Shown in pieces: positions 1-13,867 of a stretch of DNA of 64,000 bases. This DNA is from Octopus sinensis (lineage: Eukaryota): contig NC_042998.1 of the NCBI RefSeq assembly GCF_006345805.1, forward strand, positions 126,976,001 through 127,040,000. Direction: 5' to 3'. Numbering within the stretch: the first letter of the stretch is position 1; every line of letters begins with the position of its first letter. A program made the translations under genes and the position numbers. Under the pieces are notes generated by a model. The model was not told the origin of the DNA, did no database searches, and saw only the letters and a program-made list of their open reading frames with translations.

Positions 1-85
1 TTGGGCAAGTGTTCTCTACTATAGCTTCGGGCCAACCAAAGCCTTGTGAGTGGATTTGGTAGACGGAAACTGAAAGAAGCCTGTC

Positions 86-130
<45 letters not shown>

Positions 131-342
131 ATATATATATGTATATGTGAGTGTATGTATTTGTCCTCCCAACATCGCTTGACAACCGATGCTGGTGTGT
201 TTACTTAGAGGTTCGACAAAAGAACTGATTGGGTAAGTACTAGGCTTACAAGGAATAAGTCCTGCTGTCGAGTTTCTCGACTAAAGGCGGTGCTCCAGCA
301 TGGCCACAGTCAAATAACCGAAACAATTAAAAGAGTAAAAGA
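1..342 (+). mobile_element. Octopus-type bipartite tRNA-derived SINE (family A), 5'-truncated, internal (TA)n
   Basis: CCAAAGCCTTGTGAGTGGATTTGGTAGACGGAAACTGAAAGAAGCC, then (TA)n, then CATCGCTTGACAACCGATGCTGGTG...GGCGGTGCTCCAGCATGGCC, ending in an AAAGAGTAAAAGA tail. The same blocks recur more than 10 times in the window. Confidence 0.8.
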
Positions 343-935
343 ATATATATACCAACGAGACATACCTCTCACTCATGGTTATGTAGGTTCAGTTTTATTG
401 TTTGGCGTGTTGTTATGCTGACAGTTTTTATTTGGCCCTTACCAATAAATCAATGTACTAGTTTTCTTATATATTGTCGCATGCTGGTTCTGCCTCTGAG
501 TTTTACATTAAAGCTGCAAGTGTCTATGGACCTCTCAGCTACGTAGTTGATTCCTATTTTATTAGGATCTAGCCCCATAGCCATTCGATGTTTAAAACAT
601 TATAATGCATTTTGATAATTAAATAGTTTTAGGAATTGTATAAAAATAAATTGTGGACATATATTGTGTATTGTAAAAGTATAGCTAATCTATTGCAGAT
701 AGATTTAAACAAAATCTTATAGGGAGTCCGGTTGAAAACCACTGGTCTAGAACGATATAGAATCTATTTGCAGTACGATTACACTCAATTGTATACGATT
801 CCACTTAATTGTAAGTTTTATACGATTAACCTAACACGCATAATAAGCAGGGAGTTATGAAATTTAGCTCATTATTTAAAGTAAGGCATTGCGTTGATGC
901 TACATATCTAAAAATTATATAAAGCATGAATGATA

Positions 936-1814
936 TAAGGTCTGATCAATAAATATCCGGACTGTTGCCATAGTGAGGCAGCTAAAGCACGTAGAGTGAA
1001 GCTACTTGGCACATATTGACCTTGAAATTTGCTATGCATGCGAACTAAGTTTAAACGTTCTAGATCACTTCCGTTGTGTACAGCAGTGCTTGGGAGGAAG
1101 GTCTATAGCGTGTGATCGTCGCATTGGCCCTCACAGTGAAAAACATCATGGCCAAACCTGCTCAGAGGCCTACGCAAAGTTGCAGAAAGTGTATGAATCG
1201 CACACAAGTGTACAATTGGTTCAGACATTTCCAAGATAGCCGAAAAAATGTTGATATTGACGAACGTTCTGGGAGACCCGCATTCAGCAGACTGAGAAAA
1301 ACCTCGCAGATATATGTGCAGGTGTGAGGTGAAAGCGTCGAATCCCCATCTGTGAATTATCAGAGGATGCGCAAATTAGTTACAGTTCAATTCAGTCCAT
1401 TATCACTGAAGATTTGGGTATGAGCCGCATGTCTAACAAGTTTGTGCCAAAAGTGCTTTCATCTGACCAAAAAGGCACTCGGGTTTCAGTCGGACAAAAT
1501 CTCACTGATTGTGTCAAGAAAAATGTAAATGTTTTGAAAACTTTGCGTAGGCTTCTGAGCAGGTATCGCCAAACTTTTGAAAAAATTTGATGCAGATTAC
1601 CTGCACAAATTTCTCTATCATGGTCAATACGATGATCACACGCTACACATCTTCCTTCCAAGCACTGCCATAAACAGCAGAAATGAGCTAGAACGTTAAA
1701 ACGTAGTGCACATGCACAGTAGAGTTCAAGGTCAAGATGTGCTAAGCATCTTTACTCTACGTACTTTAGCTTCGTTACTATGACAACAGTCCGGATTCTT
1801 TTGATCACACCACT
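936..1814 (+). mobile_element. Degenerate, internally deleted mariner (Tc1/mariner) transposon
   Basis: ~60-bp imperfect TIRs (AGGTCTGATCAATAAATATCCGGACTGTTGCCATAG... and ...CTATGACAACAGTCCGGATTCTTTTGATCACACC) with flanking TA at 934-935 and 1815-1816. Transposase HTH remnants: RTQVYNWFRHFQDSRKNVDIDERSGRP and EDLGMSRMSNKFVPKVLSSDQK. No DD34D domain visible. Confidence 0.85.
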
Positions 1815-2789
1815 TACATTTTCAACATATCGATAACACTGTTTGTGTACTTATATATGGATTACTTATTTTCCTATTGTTCAATTTAAGTTTTTTTTAT
1901 TATGTGTCGGTAAAAATTTTTTTAAAGTATTTAAATTCCTTTTGAGGTTCTTGTAAAGTCATTAGGCTAGCAATAATGGCATTAGTTGCATGATCGTTTG
2001 GTTCGGGATGCAATTTTCGGATGGGTAGCTTGTTATATCCATTAGCAAAGTAGTTCATATGTTACTCCAACACAGCTGAACATTAGTTCCAATTGCGCCT
2101 GGGGATTAATTAACTCTGTGACAAACTGGTGTACTTTTCAAGAATCAGTTCTTTTACTCTCGGTTAAACCCCTTGAAAATCCGGCTAAGCTCCGACCTCA
2201 TGCAGCTGTTCGGCTTGAGGCAGGCTTTGATATTCCTTAATTATCTCAGCTTAACCAGAATCAAATGCCCTGCAATGAGTCACACTCCAGAGAACAATTA
2301 TGATCACGCGCTTTAAGAAAAATTAATTGAGACAATCAAAATCGAGTGTAGTTGGTAAAATTATCGATCAAACATCAGGTGATTGGAATTTATATGTTTA
2401 CAATATATATCTCCAATAAATATATATTCATAGAATAATGTTATTATACAATTACAAAGATAAAATGCACCGATATCTCAACTTCAATAGTATGTAACTC
2501 GTTGAAACGACAAGGACAATATTTTAAAATTACTTAATTCTTTTGACATCAGCCAGGAAAATATATAAAGTGCATCCATACGAACATATTAAATTGATAG
2601 CTTCAAGTCTCATTTATTCCTATATAACTAAATGTTCAATTTTAAGGTACAATTTTTTTTTCCCAAAGCTGGAAAACATGCGATGTAATAATAGGAATAA
2701 CGGTATCTTCATAAATAATAGACCGAATTATGCGAATATCCAGAACATATATGCAGTTAATTCCACGGTATGGAATCAATCAATCAATG

Positions 2790-3240
<451 letters not shown>

Positions 3241-3619
3241 ATATATATTATACATATAAATAAATTGCATAAGATACGTATCCTGAGTATCATGCAATTA
3301 TCGCAGTAAGCACTCCATTCGGAACCTGCTATCAGTCAACGTAGTAATCAATGAAATGTAGTGTAAAATAATATGTCCATGTAACTGAACATCCAGAAAA
3401 TCCGAACGATAAATATTTCTAAGAGGAGTAAATAAAGCGTAAAGTCGGGATGTGTGAGAAGTGAAGATAAATATATTTTCCCACATGGCTTCCATATGAT
3501 TACAGCCGTTTCATAAAATTCTTTATATTCATTATGCAAAATTATAGATACATGTTTACATGGATATCTGTACACAGCATTATACCATAATATTGTACAT
3601 TAACGAATTAATGTTAATA

Positions 3620-4200
3620 AACAAAGTTAATTCAACAGATCGACGAATATATATATATATATATATATTATATAATATATATATATATATAGATATATAT
3701 ATATATATATGCTAAGCATAAGGGTTCAGCAACGAATTGCCTTACCACATACCCGAATTTAGAAATAGCAGTCAAAGGGTTATAGCTTAGCTATAACCCT
3801 TTGACTGCTATTTCTAAATTCGGTATGTGGTAAGCAATTCGTTGCTGAACCCTATTGCTTAGTATTACTTAAATTTTCCTCAAATGAGGCTTTTACATGC
3901 CAAGACTACTTGGTGTAATTGATAATTATTCCAAATTAATTAATTTCACCCTTCATTATTCGGATATATATATTTATATGCATACATACATGCATACATC
4001 ATACATCCATACATACATACATACATACGTACATTACATATATATGGATATATATTGTTTAATATCTATATCTTATATATATCTATCTATATAATATTAT
4101 ATATATAATATACATATTATATATATATATATATATACCTATATATCTACCATTTCACCTCAATTGAGGTAATTCAACAAAGTTAATTCACAGATCGACG

Positions 4201-4257
<57 letters not shown>

Positions 4258-4341
4258 TATATATATATGCATACATACATGCATACATACATACTACATA
4301 CATACATACATACGTACCATACATATATATGTATATATGTT

Positions 4342-4390
<49 letters not shown>

Positions 4391-4499
4391 AATATATATA
4401 TTAATATATATATAATATATATATATATAATATATACATATATATATACCATTACCTATCAATTGAGGTAATTCAACAAAGTTAATTCAACAGATCGCG

Positions 4500-4570
<71 letters not shown>

Positions 4571-4606
4571 TACATACAGGCATACATACATACATACATA
4601 CATACA

Positions 4607-4641
<35 letters not shown>

Positions 4642-4664
4642 GTATATATATGTTTATATATATA

Positions 4665-4753
<89 letters not shown>

Positions 4754-4775
4754 TATATACCATTTCACCTCAATT
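3620..4775. repeat. Three tandem ~300-bp microsatellite-rich units
   Basis: AACAAAGTTAATTCA(A)CAGATCG at ~3620, ~4176 and ~4476. Each unit ends with a variant of ACCATTTCACCTCAATTG (~4150, ~4450, ~4758). Confidence 0.8.
3712..3862. repeat. ~150-bp near-perfect palindrome with 1-nt spacer
   Basis: CTAAGCATAAGGGTTCAGCAACGAATTGC...CAAAGGGTTATAGCT-T-AGCTATAACCCTTTG...GCAATTCGTTGCTGAACCCTATTGCTTAG, centred at 3788. Confidence 0.9.
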
Positions 4776-5035
4776 GGACCCGCTCTCTTCAACATTACAC
4801 TAGGACACGTCAAAACAGAAACTGACCACACAAAATTAAAGAAGTCTTAGGACAAATTCCTTCAAACAGTCCCGGACAACCACCCACACTGGGATATGTC
4901 ACCGCAGACAATAACTCTCTGCTCGAATGGGCCTTGCTACCCAAATCCTGAATTGAAGACTTCGCCAGGTGGTGCTGTTAAGTCAGACATGGCCTGGGCC
5001 AATACTGGCCAAAACCTTTCTAAGTTATTCTAAGT
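4757..5035 (+). mobile_element. 3' end of a CR1-group LINE
   Basis: Translates as [51 protein letters not shown], matching the GPxLFN...LDKFLxxVPDxP...GY...NSLLDW C-terminus of invertebrate CR1-type ORF2. Short tail TTCTAAGTTATTCTAAGTT. Confidence 0.75.
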
Positions 5036-5051
5036 TTAAGTTATATATATA

Positions 5052-5134
<83 letters not shown>

Positions 5135-5141
5135 GTATGTA

Positions 5142-5497
5142 TGTATCTGTAAATGTAATATGTGACAATTATTCGGTAACTATGATAGAGCTCCGAGTTT
5201 CGGATTTCGGGTGGAAATCCACGCCGCAATCTATTCAATTATCCGGCCATCGGAAAAAATGCCCCGTAGAAGAATTCAATATAGACGCCTACTACTTCGA
5301 TTATTCTATGAAAAACATACCTATACCATCAAGGGAACTATACTCTACGAAAACTTTGGAGAAAATTATAAGACATCATTTTTTTCCGACGGCCGGATAA
5401 CTGAATAGATGGCGGCGTGGATTTCCACCCCGACATCCGAAACTCGGAGTTCTATCATGGCTACCGAATAATTGTCACATATTACAGTTACAGATAA
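5142..5497. mobile_element. Fold-back element: ~120-bp inverted arms around the 5' coding start of a Penelope-like ORF
   Basis: Left arm ATCTGTAAATGTAATATGTGACAATTATTCGG...CCGGCCATCGGAAAAAATG is about 90% identical to the reverse complement of 5375-5497. The spacer encodes EEFNIDAYYFDYSMKNIPIPSRELYSTKTLEKII, resembling the YSxKNIPxPS N-terminus of PLE ORFs. Confidence 0.65.
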
Positions 5498-5558
5498 ATT
5501 CCTCTATATACATAATATCGAGGTCTCTTTCATTCTTTCGTTGTTTTACAAGTTCTAT

Positions 5559-5645
<87 letters not shown>

Positions 5646-5900
5646 ATATACTCCCAACTTAAAATCCTAAATGCTCCTGGAAAGCATGTCCAGAATCGTC
5701 AATATTACAAATTTGCATTAGTTTGCGCAAAACCGTCGGTAATATTCTGGCCAGTTATATATATGCAGCTAAACATTTACTGTTCGGCGATAAGTGGAAA
5801 TATATAGCTCTATTTCTCTTTTTTAGTGTGCCCTTTCTGACTTATGGAGAATTAAATTATAATACATATATACATGCTACATACATACATACATAACTCA

Positions 5901-5932
<32 letters not shown>

Positions 5933-5933
5933 C

Positions 5934-5992
<59 letters not shown>

Positions 5993-6984
5993 CATAAATA
6001 TTAATATGGTGCACACGCATACACGTGCACAAACTCTACCTCACAAATATATCTATTGAAATCGTGTCGTGATTTACACATTAAAGTAAAACGTTAAAGT
6101 ACAAACAGAAACACACATACATATGTACAGAGCACCCTGCAGCGCAGATAATTATTTATACATACTGTATGTATCCTGTGATTTACGTGCATAAGACTTT
6201 CATTGGTCAACTTATATCCTATCACTCATATCTACACATATAGGCAAAAAAATTATTTTTGTATTTGTCCACATATGTATGTAATAATGTATACGTGAGT
6301 ATGCTTTGATGCGGTTGCATGCCTGTTTACAAGTAATCTTATGTGTATATTTTTTTGAAGTTATATTTTTATGCGTTATGTTGAATTTGAATGTATTCGT
6401 GTATGTGTGTGTGTGTGCGTTTGTGTGTGCGTGTGTGAGGGCCTACATCTATTGATAGATTTTATTTCGCTTCGTTTGTTGTTTCGATACACACGTTTTG
6501 ATGTCTCCGTTTGAATTTCCATAACGAAAGAAGCATAAGACTTTTAAATGCATTAAATGCTAAAATAATCCCCACACAGAATTATATTTGGCGACGTCTA
6601 AAGCAAAAGCCCCGAAAAATAAAAAGAAAACAGCTTCAAAAAAACGCAACAAAACAACAATTTAAATAAATAACGAATAGAAAGCAATTGAAGAACATAC
6701 TGTAATAACATCTACGACAACAAAATTGATTCAGAAATATATAAAGATATAAATAAATAAATATAAAACTACATTAACAAAACCGAAACTACTACAACAG
6801 CTATAAAGAAAATCGCCATCAGGACCAGCAACGAAAATATCGATACAGTAATCGAAATCGTGAAAAATCAATAGGAATGCAGCCAAAATATGGTTTCTAG
6901 TTTACAAAAATAAAATTCAATAAATACCTAAAATCTGTTCTCATATGAAAATCACTGAGTTTACTGAGTATGTATAATAGAGAA

Positions 6985-7354
6985 TGATAATGATAACGAC
7001 AATGAAGGTGATGGTGATTGTTGGGGTGATGCTGACGGTGTAGGTGATGATGCTGAGGAGGTACAGGGGGAGCTGAAACATATGGTACTGAAGTTAATTA
7101 TGCGATTATTGATACGATGATGAAGATAATAATGATCAGGCTAATGAGGATAGGGATGACGGAGATGATGATAACGATGATGACGATGAGAGTTAGAAAA
7201 TGATACGGGGGAAGAAGTTGAATGGTAATTGTGATTGTAATGATGATGACGGTTATTCTCATGTTTCTTATTTTCCAGTGATCTCATATCAAGATAAACA
7301 GCGCATGACCTTGCAGGTGGGGCCTAGTTAGATTTTCCTCTAGTCGAGCAGCCC

Positions 7355-7408
<54 letters not shown>

Positions 7409-7945
7409 GTGTGTGTGTGAGGATATGTGTGTATTTCTGAGTACGTACATGCACATATATGTTTGTGTGTGTATGTGCATGTACATATACATGTTTGTGT
7501 GAGTATTTATGTGTGTAGACATTATGAACGTAGGAGGTTTTGTGACTATGTATTGTGTTGCATGTATTTTTTTATCTTTTATCATTTTCTTCTTTTTTCA
7601 GCATACTACAGTAACTTCCCTTTTATTCAACGGTTTTTCATAGCGTCTATTGCCATTAATAGCCGAAGAGAATATATCGGAGCCCTTCGCTCCGACATTC
7701 GAAACTCCGAGTACTATAATGACAACTTACTGATATTTTGATTACCATGATAAGGATAATGACAATGAAGGTGATGGTGATGATGACGGTGTAGGTGATG
7801 ATGCTGAGGAGGTACAGGGAGGGGGGTGAACTGGATGGTACTGAAGTTAATTATGCGATTATTGATACGATGATGAAGATAATAATGATGATGCTAATGA
7901 AGATAGGGATGACGGAGATGATGATAACGATGATGACGATGAGGG
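6985..7945. repeat. Duplicated degenerate (GAT)-rich tract (6985-7195 and 7752-7945)
   Basis: Shared GACAATGAAGGTGATGGTGAT...GAGGAGGTACAGGG...GGTACTGAAGTTAATTATGCGATTATTGATACGATGATGAAGAT in both copies. Confidence 0.8.
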
Positions 7946-7978
7946 TAAGTCCTAAATTATACAAATACACACACATAC

Positions 7979-8050
<72 letters not shown>

Positions 8051-8059
8051 TTGTGTGTG

Positions 8060-8250
8060 TGTTTTTGTCCCCAAAACATCGCTTGACAACCGATGTTGGT
8101 GTGTTTACGTCCCTGTAACTTAGCGATTCGGCATGAGAGACTGATAGAATAAGTACGAGGATTACAAAGAATAAATCCTAGTGTTCATTTGTCCGACTAA
8201 AGGCGGTGCTCCAGTATGGCTGCAGTCAAATGACTGAAACAAATAAAAAA
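8060..8250 (+). mobile_element. SINE family A, 3' half
   Basis: CATCGCTTGACAACCGATGTTGGTGTGTTTACGTCCC...AAGGCGGTGCTCCAGTATGGCTGCAGTCAAATGACTGAAAC. Confidence 0.8.
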
Positions 8251-8559
8251 AATATATGTACATGTATATATGTAAATCTACACACGCATACACACACATA
8301 TATGCATACATGCACACATAACCGGTGTCTTTACAGTTTCACTCTATTATATTTTACTCACCAAGCATTAATCTATCCTGAGTTATAGAAGACATTTGCC
8401 CAAAATATCACCCATTAAGATCGAGCGATTGTCTCAATTCTGTGCCCAACCACCTTGAGTGGGCTTTAAAAGCCCTAGCACCTCGAACACCACCGTTTCA
8501 CGTGACTGTATTATCTATATCCTTGACTCAGGCTTTGGGAGAGTAAATGTGGAACATAA

Positions 8560-9470
8560 TTAGGTTGTTACCTGAACTTATGAAATGTGATAAAGCATAC
8601 CAGATCTTAACAAAAGTATGCAAAGGAGCAAATAGGTGTGATAAGAAATGAATAGAAGAAAATAGAACAGAACTCGGAATTAAGGAGTCCCACAAAGCAT
8701 AAAGAAATGTGTACATTTGTCTAACCTGTTTAAAATATATATCAAGATCTTTAGAAAAGTTGCAAGCTTGTCAGTATTTTCAATAGGAACTATGAACACT
8801 AGAAATGCAGGCGATGCTGCCTCATTAATTTTCAACGTAGATGACATACATAGTCTTGTAACTTCAGTCAATGACAAAGGAATGTTCTATAAAATAGAAA
8901 CAAATGCAAAGAAAACAAAATCTACGTTAATCAGCAAAAGAAAAGAAAATAATAGTGACATAAAACGAATATAACAATTGAAGAAAAAATCAATTGCATA
9001 GATGCCTAAGATAGCATACCCGGGATATATGCAATTAGGATACGGGAAATATGAAGTAGAAATCAAAAGGATTGAGATAGCTAGAAAGCATTTGAAAATA
9101 TTGTCAAACATACTAATATAAGGGAACATCAGTACCCCAACTAGGAAAAGGATTAGTGGTATGTACGGTTGAATCTACTATACTAAAACATGAACATCAA
9201 CAACAGTATTATCAAAGAGATTACTAGCCTTTGAGATATGTATTCCTGTGAATATCTGTGATGGAATATATAACCAGCAGTAAAGAATTAAGAATGGCAA
9301 AAATAAAGAAAATATTATTGGATACTGTTGCAGAGAAAGCTGAAATATTTTGGACAATTAGAATAAAAATGCTTTACGTAGAATCTCAATAGACGGGAAA
9401 ATGAATGGAAAGAGAAGGAAAAAAACGAAGAACTATAATACCAGGAAATGGACAGACGTGAAGTACAGTA
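8560..9470 (+). mobile_element. Highly degenerate RTE-clade LINE (RT and C-terminal part)
   Basis: LFKIYIKIFRK...SIGTMNTRNAGDAASLIFNVDDIHSLVTSVNDKGMFYKIETNAKKTKSTLISKRK aligns to RTE 'LFNIY...IGGxNINNLRYADDTVLIA...INVKKT'. Later EIKRIEIARK, RLLAFEI and IDGKMNGKR remnants. Confidence 0.7.
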
Positions 9471-10054
9471 AATATATTGTGAGAGAGAAAGAGTTGGTGA
9501 TCGAAGGTATTCAACGATAAATGAAAGAATGAATGGAAAGAAGTTATCTGCAATAAATTGTTTCCTATCCGTTTTGATAACGAAAGTTTTGATGGTGAAG
9601 AAAAACAAAAGGAAGTGAAACAAGTGAGACTTGGTTAATCGAGTTAGTATGCAAACATGCACAGACACACATACATGCACTGACATTTCTTTAAATAATG
9701 TTTGTTCTGTAAGGTGACGTGCTGGCAGGATCGTTAAATAGTCGGACAAAACGCTTAGCAGTATTCCTTGTGACTCTTTACGGGATCAACTTTGTCTTTT
9801 ATCCCACCTGAGTTGGTAGAATAAAGTACTTGGAGGTAATGTTATTGAATAACTACATTGGAAATTGCTGGCCTAGTATCTAAATAAGAAAAAAATATTT
9901 TCGTTCGGTGCGGCATTACAATCAGTGTTTCCTTTGATGGGCTCAGAAGTAAATCAATTTTCCTATAAGAACTAGTCTCCATTTCTAGAGAAAACGTTAG
10001 TTGTTTCTCACGACCCTTCTCACACAGCTGAGAGAGGGAGGCAGAGAGATAGAT

Positions 10055-10089
<35 letters not shown>

Positions 10090-10239
10090 GAGAGAAGGGG
10101 GAAAGGGAGAAATAGACAGCAGTATTCAATTGATACTTTATTTATCGACTCGTTCAGAATGAAGGGTAAGGATAGCATTGATCTCAGTTGGGATGGCAAT
10201 TCAGAAGATCAGAATAGATTGCGCAAGACTCTAGCTTAC

Positions 10240-10667
10240 GCTCTCTTTACTCTTTACTCTTTTACTCTTTTACTTGTTTCAGTCATTTGACTGCGGCCAT
10301 GCTGGAGCACCGCCTTTAGTCGAGCAAATCGACCCTGGGACTTATTCTTTGTAAGCCCAGTACATATTCTATCGGTCTCTTTTGCCGAACCGCTAAGTGA
10401 CGGGGACGTAAACACACCAGCATCGATTGTCAAGCAATGTTAGGGGGACAAACACAGACACACAAACACACACACACATACATATATATATATACACATA
10501 TATACGACAGGCTTCTTTCAGTTTCCGTCTACCAAATCCACTCACAAGGCATTGGTCGGCCCGGGGCTATAGCAGAAGACACTTGCGCAAGATGCCACGC
10601 AGTAGGACTGAACCCGAAACCATGTGGTTGGTTAGCAAGCTACTTACCACACAGCCACTCCTGCGCT
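10240..10667 (-). mobile_element. SINE family A, essentially full length
   Basis: Minus strand begins GCGCAGGAGTGGCTGTGTGGTAAGTAGCTTGC (tRNA-like A box), with GGTTTCGGGTTCAGTCC as B-box region, a central CA/TA microsatellite and a (GAGTAAA)n tail. Confidence 0.9.
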
Positions 10668-11004
10668 CTAACGACTTGCTTTATTCATGTGTGTATGTGC
10701 GTGTGTGTTTATCTGTATGTATGCTTATATGCATTCGTGTTAATTTAAGTTTTCGTTTTATCATCGTTATCATGATTTCTATATTCATCAATTTATATCA
10801 ATCTCCTGCTTGCATATTATTCGTACAAATTATTGCAGCTTCTTTAAAACAGTAAAATCCACCCATACATAAAAACATTAAAAAATAAACAAAATATGTT
10901 TCTAGACCTTTATGGTTACATTTCAGAATAAATTCATTTTGGCGTGTCTTGTAAATGCATAATAATTTGTAGAGCTATGTAACTCTCGTTGGTATTATCG
11001 CCAA

Positions 11005-11240
11005 AGGCGGCGAGCTGGCAGAAACGTTAGCACGCCGGGCGAAATGTTTAGCAGTATATCGTCTGCTACTACGTTCTGAGTTCAAATTTTGCAGAGGTAG
11101 ACTTTGCCTTTCATCCTTTCGGGGTCGATTAAATAAGTACCAGTGACGCACTGGGGTCGATGTAATCGACTTAATCCCCTTGTCTGTCCTTGTTTGTCCC
11201 CTCTATGTTTAGCCCCTTGTGGGTAGTAAAGAAATAGGTA
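11005..11240 (+). mobile_element. tRNA-derived SINE family B
   Basis: AGGCGGCGAGCTGGCAGAAACGTTAGCACGCCGGGCGAAATG...GAGTTCAAATT...CTTTGCCTTTCATCCTTTCGGGGTCGAT...AGCCCCTTGTGGG. Flanked by a direct repeat GGTATTATCGCCAAAG (TSD-like) at ~10991 and ~11237. Confidence 0.88.
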
Positions 11241-13867
11241 TTATCGCCAAAGTCAATAGAACTAATGTATGTTATCTCTTCGTCCTTCGTCCATAATAGC
11301 ATTATACTTTGCAATGATTATAACTTACAATTATAATCCTGTATTTTTGTGGGGAAATCTACACAAGATATATATATATATATATATATATGTTTGTGTG
11401 TGTGTGTGTGTTGTGGTTGTTTAACAGTGGTTACTTATTTAGTTTTGTGCTGTGTGCTTAGTGCACTGTAAGTTATTCTTGGCACAATATAAATGACAGC
11501 ACATGCTACCTTCATTTCATTTAGAAGTGGAGACCGTCTAAATGTAGAAATTTTGATGCTAAGCTTGAAAGCTTTGCTGTTAAAAAATATTATTCAAGGA
11601 ACTCATAAGAGAATATGAGAAAAAGGTTAATAGAAAATTGCTTTTTTCTTGTCAGCATCTCTTAAAAAGAAAAAAAAACTGTTCTCATTATATACAAATA
11701 TCCATACATATTTACATATATAAACACACTCAACCACACACACACGCATATACACATTAGCGATATAATTTATACGCCGAGTCATTACTGGACTCCATAA
11801 AAATAGGGAAGAAGAGCTATACATACACAGATGCATGAATACATACATACATGCATACATATATACATACATACATCCATACATATATACACAAACACAA
11901 ATATTTGTGTTTTACTGAATCTCGAATGTTATATACAAACAAGAAATATATTTATACATTACCTTTAAACCAGAACACAGTATCATATTTCGATGTGTAG
12001 AGTTATATTCTATCAAATCCGACGTGGTTTGGGATTTGGTCTTCCCTCCCCTTCTTTCTTATACATTAGTCACTTATTTGCTGTCATGTATAACAACGTC
12101 CACTCTTACGCAGATCATACTCGCCTTTATTTTCCCTAACCTTTCCCAACCATGCATTATCCATATGTAACCTTCATACCACAAGAAGAAAACCGCACTG
12201 AGCCCACGACTTTTCTTTTTAGCTACTCAATTTGTCGTTTCTCTTTTTGTTGTTGAATTCTCTCGTTTTAGCGAACGTTTGCTGTTTGAAGATAATATTC
12301 TTACTGTTTGAAGATAATATTCTTTATTCACTACGCATAACATAGTTTTTCCTAACCAGTATTGGAGTATTTATGGTGTCTTCTACATTTAGTAAAACAG
12401 TACCTTTCTTCTTTATTGGTAAATAAAACCTGTCAATATTACGTTGAGTATTGTGTGCGTTATACATTGTGAGTAGTTTCCTAGTTCTTCTATCTGATTC
12501 ATGTAGCTGTCTGTTCCTTACAGAAAAGGAACAGAGTGTCACAAAGCTGGTAGGGATCCCGTTTTGATTGCTTTTATGATATTATCCCTACATAGTTTCA
12601 AGCAACTACCCAATTTTTGTCTTGTACACTTTCGACACCTTAAGGTATGTCGATATCGTAAACGCTGATACTTGACTGCCACTTAATGTTATCGACTCCG
12701 AAATGAGATTGGAACCTTTTACCGTTCTGAGTTCGAATCCTGCTGAGGTCAATTTTACTATTCATCCTTGTGTGGTCAAGAAAATAAAGCATCAGTCTAG
12801 CATTGGGTCGATACAATCGACTAATCCACGCCCTCAAAACATCTGTTATTATGACGAATATTTACTCTTATATTTAGACGTTACCTTCCAGCTGCATAAA
12901 CTATAGCTATGAATAACGTGATAATTATTTTAGGAAATCTATAGCGTTTGCTTCTTCTAAATTCAAGAAAAATTCTTTATCCAATTAATGGCTTATTAAT
13001 TAGATTAGAAAACGCCGGAAATTTGAAGTGGTACCATCGAATGAATGAGTCATAGTATATAAACAAATAAGCATTTTGTACAAAGGCAATGCAGCGGAAC
13101 AGCAAACTCCGTCTAACGTCAGACTGATTGCCTGATGTTTGTTAGGTAGACTTATTGAGTTCTACATTTATATCTTGTCGAGTTCAGTTTTGCCTTTCAC
13201 CTTTTGTAGTCGTTAAAAATGGAAAACCAGAATCGTTATATTTTTCTTCAAAATGTGTGGTTTCTTTTTCCTTCTTTAAAATCAATATTTTGTCGTCACA
13301 GATTTGATCTCAGAACATAAAGCAACGAAAATAAAAACTATAATACATTTAGTTGATCACACCTCCTACACCCTTGCTTTATTAGCAAAAATAATAAATA
13401 TGAGTTATACCCGTGGAAATGCCAAAGTCACTTCCAAAACTATAAGATTGACAGTATATAGAGCACCATGGAATGCATAATTTGTTTTGACATTCTTTTA
13501 AGAGAGAATATCATAAAAGCTGTATCATATATCATATGCTTGTCACTTTTACTTTTTGAGTTGATATAAATTGTTTATTTTTATGTCAGGAAGTAAACTT
13601 TCTTAACTATGGAACGAAACCAAATGCATAATTTATATTATTCTGCTACGGCACGACAACGCTGTAAAAGGTCGAACAATTATTAATGTACTATATTATG
13701 TTCATATTTGAATATCATCAGAATAAAGTGCTTATGGATGGGTTTGAGACATCAGTCCAAGTGAACGATGTATACTAACTGCACCACTAAGCTGCTGCTC
13801 TTAATATATATGATATAAAAATATGTGCGCGCGCACTCGCACACACATACAGACAGTAAGAAAATTC

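Noticed and set aside
580-750. Possible hAT MITE end (minus strand CAGTGGTTTTCAACC beside TCTAGA)
   Set aside because: Only one TIR was found, so the element cannot be delimited.
7740-7950. Asp-rich 'exon' ending GAGG|GTAAGT (biomineralisation-type acidic protein)
   Set aside because: The acidic reading needs two frameshifts in both copies and no acceptor is evident. Degenerate (GAT)n tracts explain it.
11490-11615. FRSGDRLNVEI, resembling a TNF-family C-terminal strand
   Set aside because: The rest of the TNF domain and any splice sites are missing.
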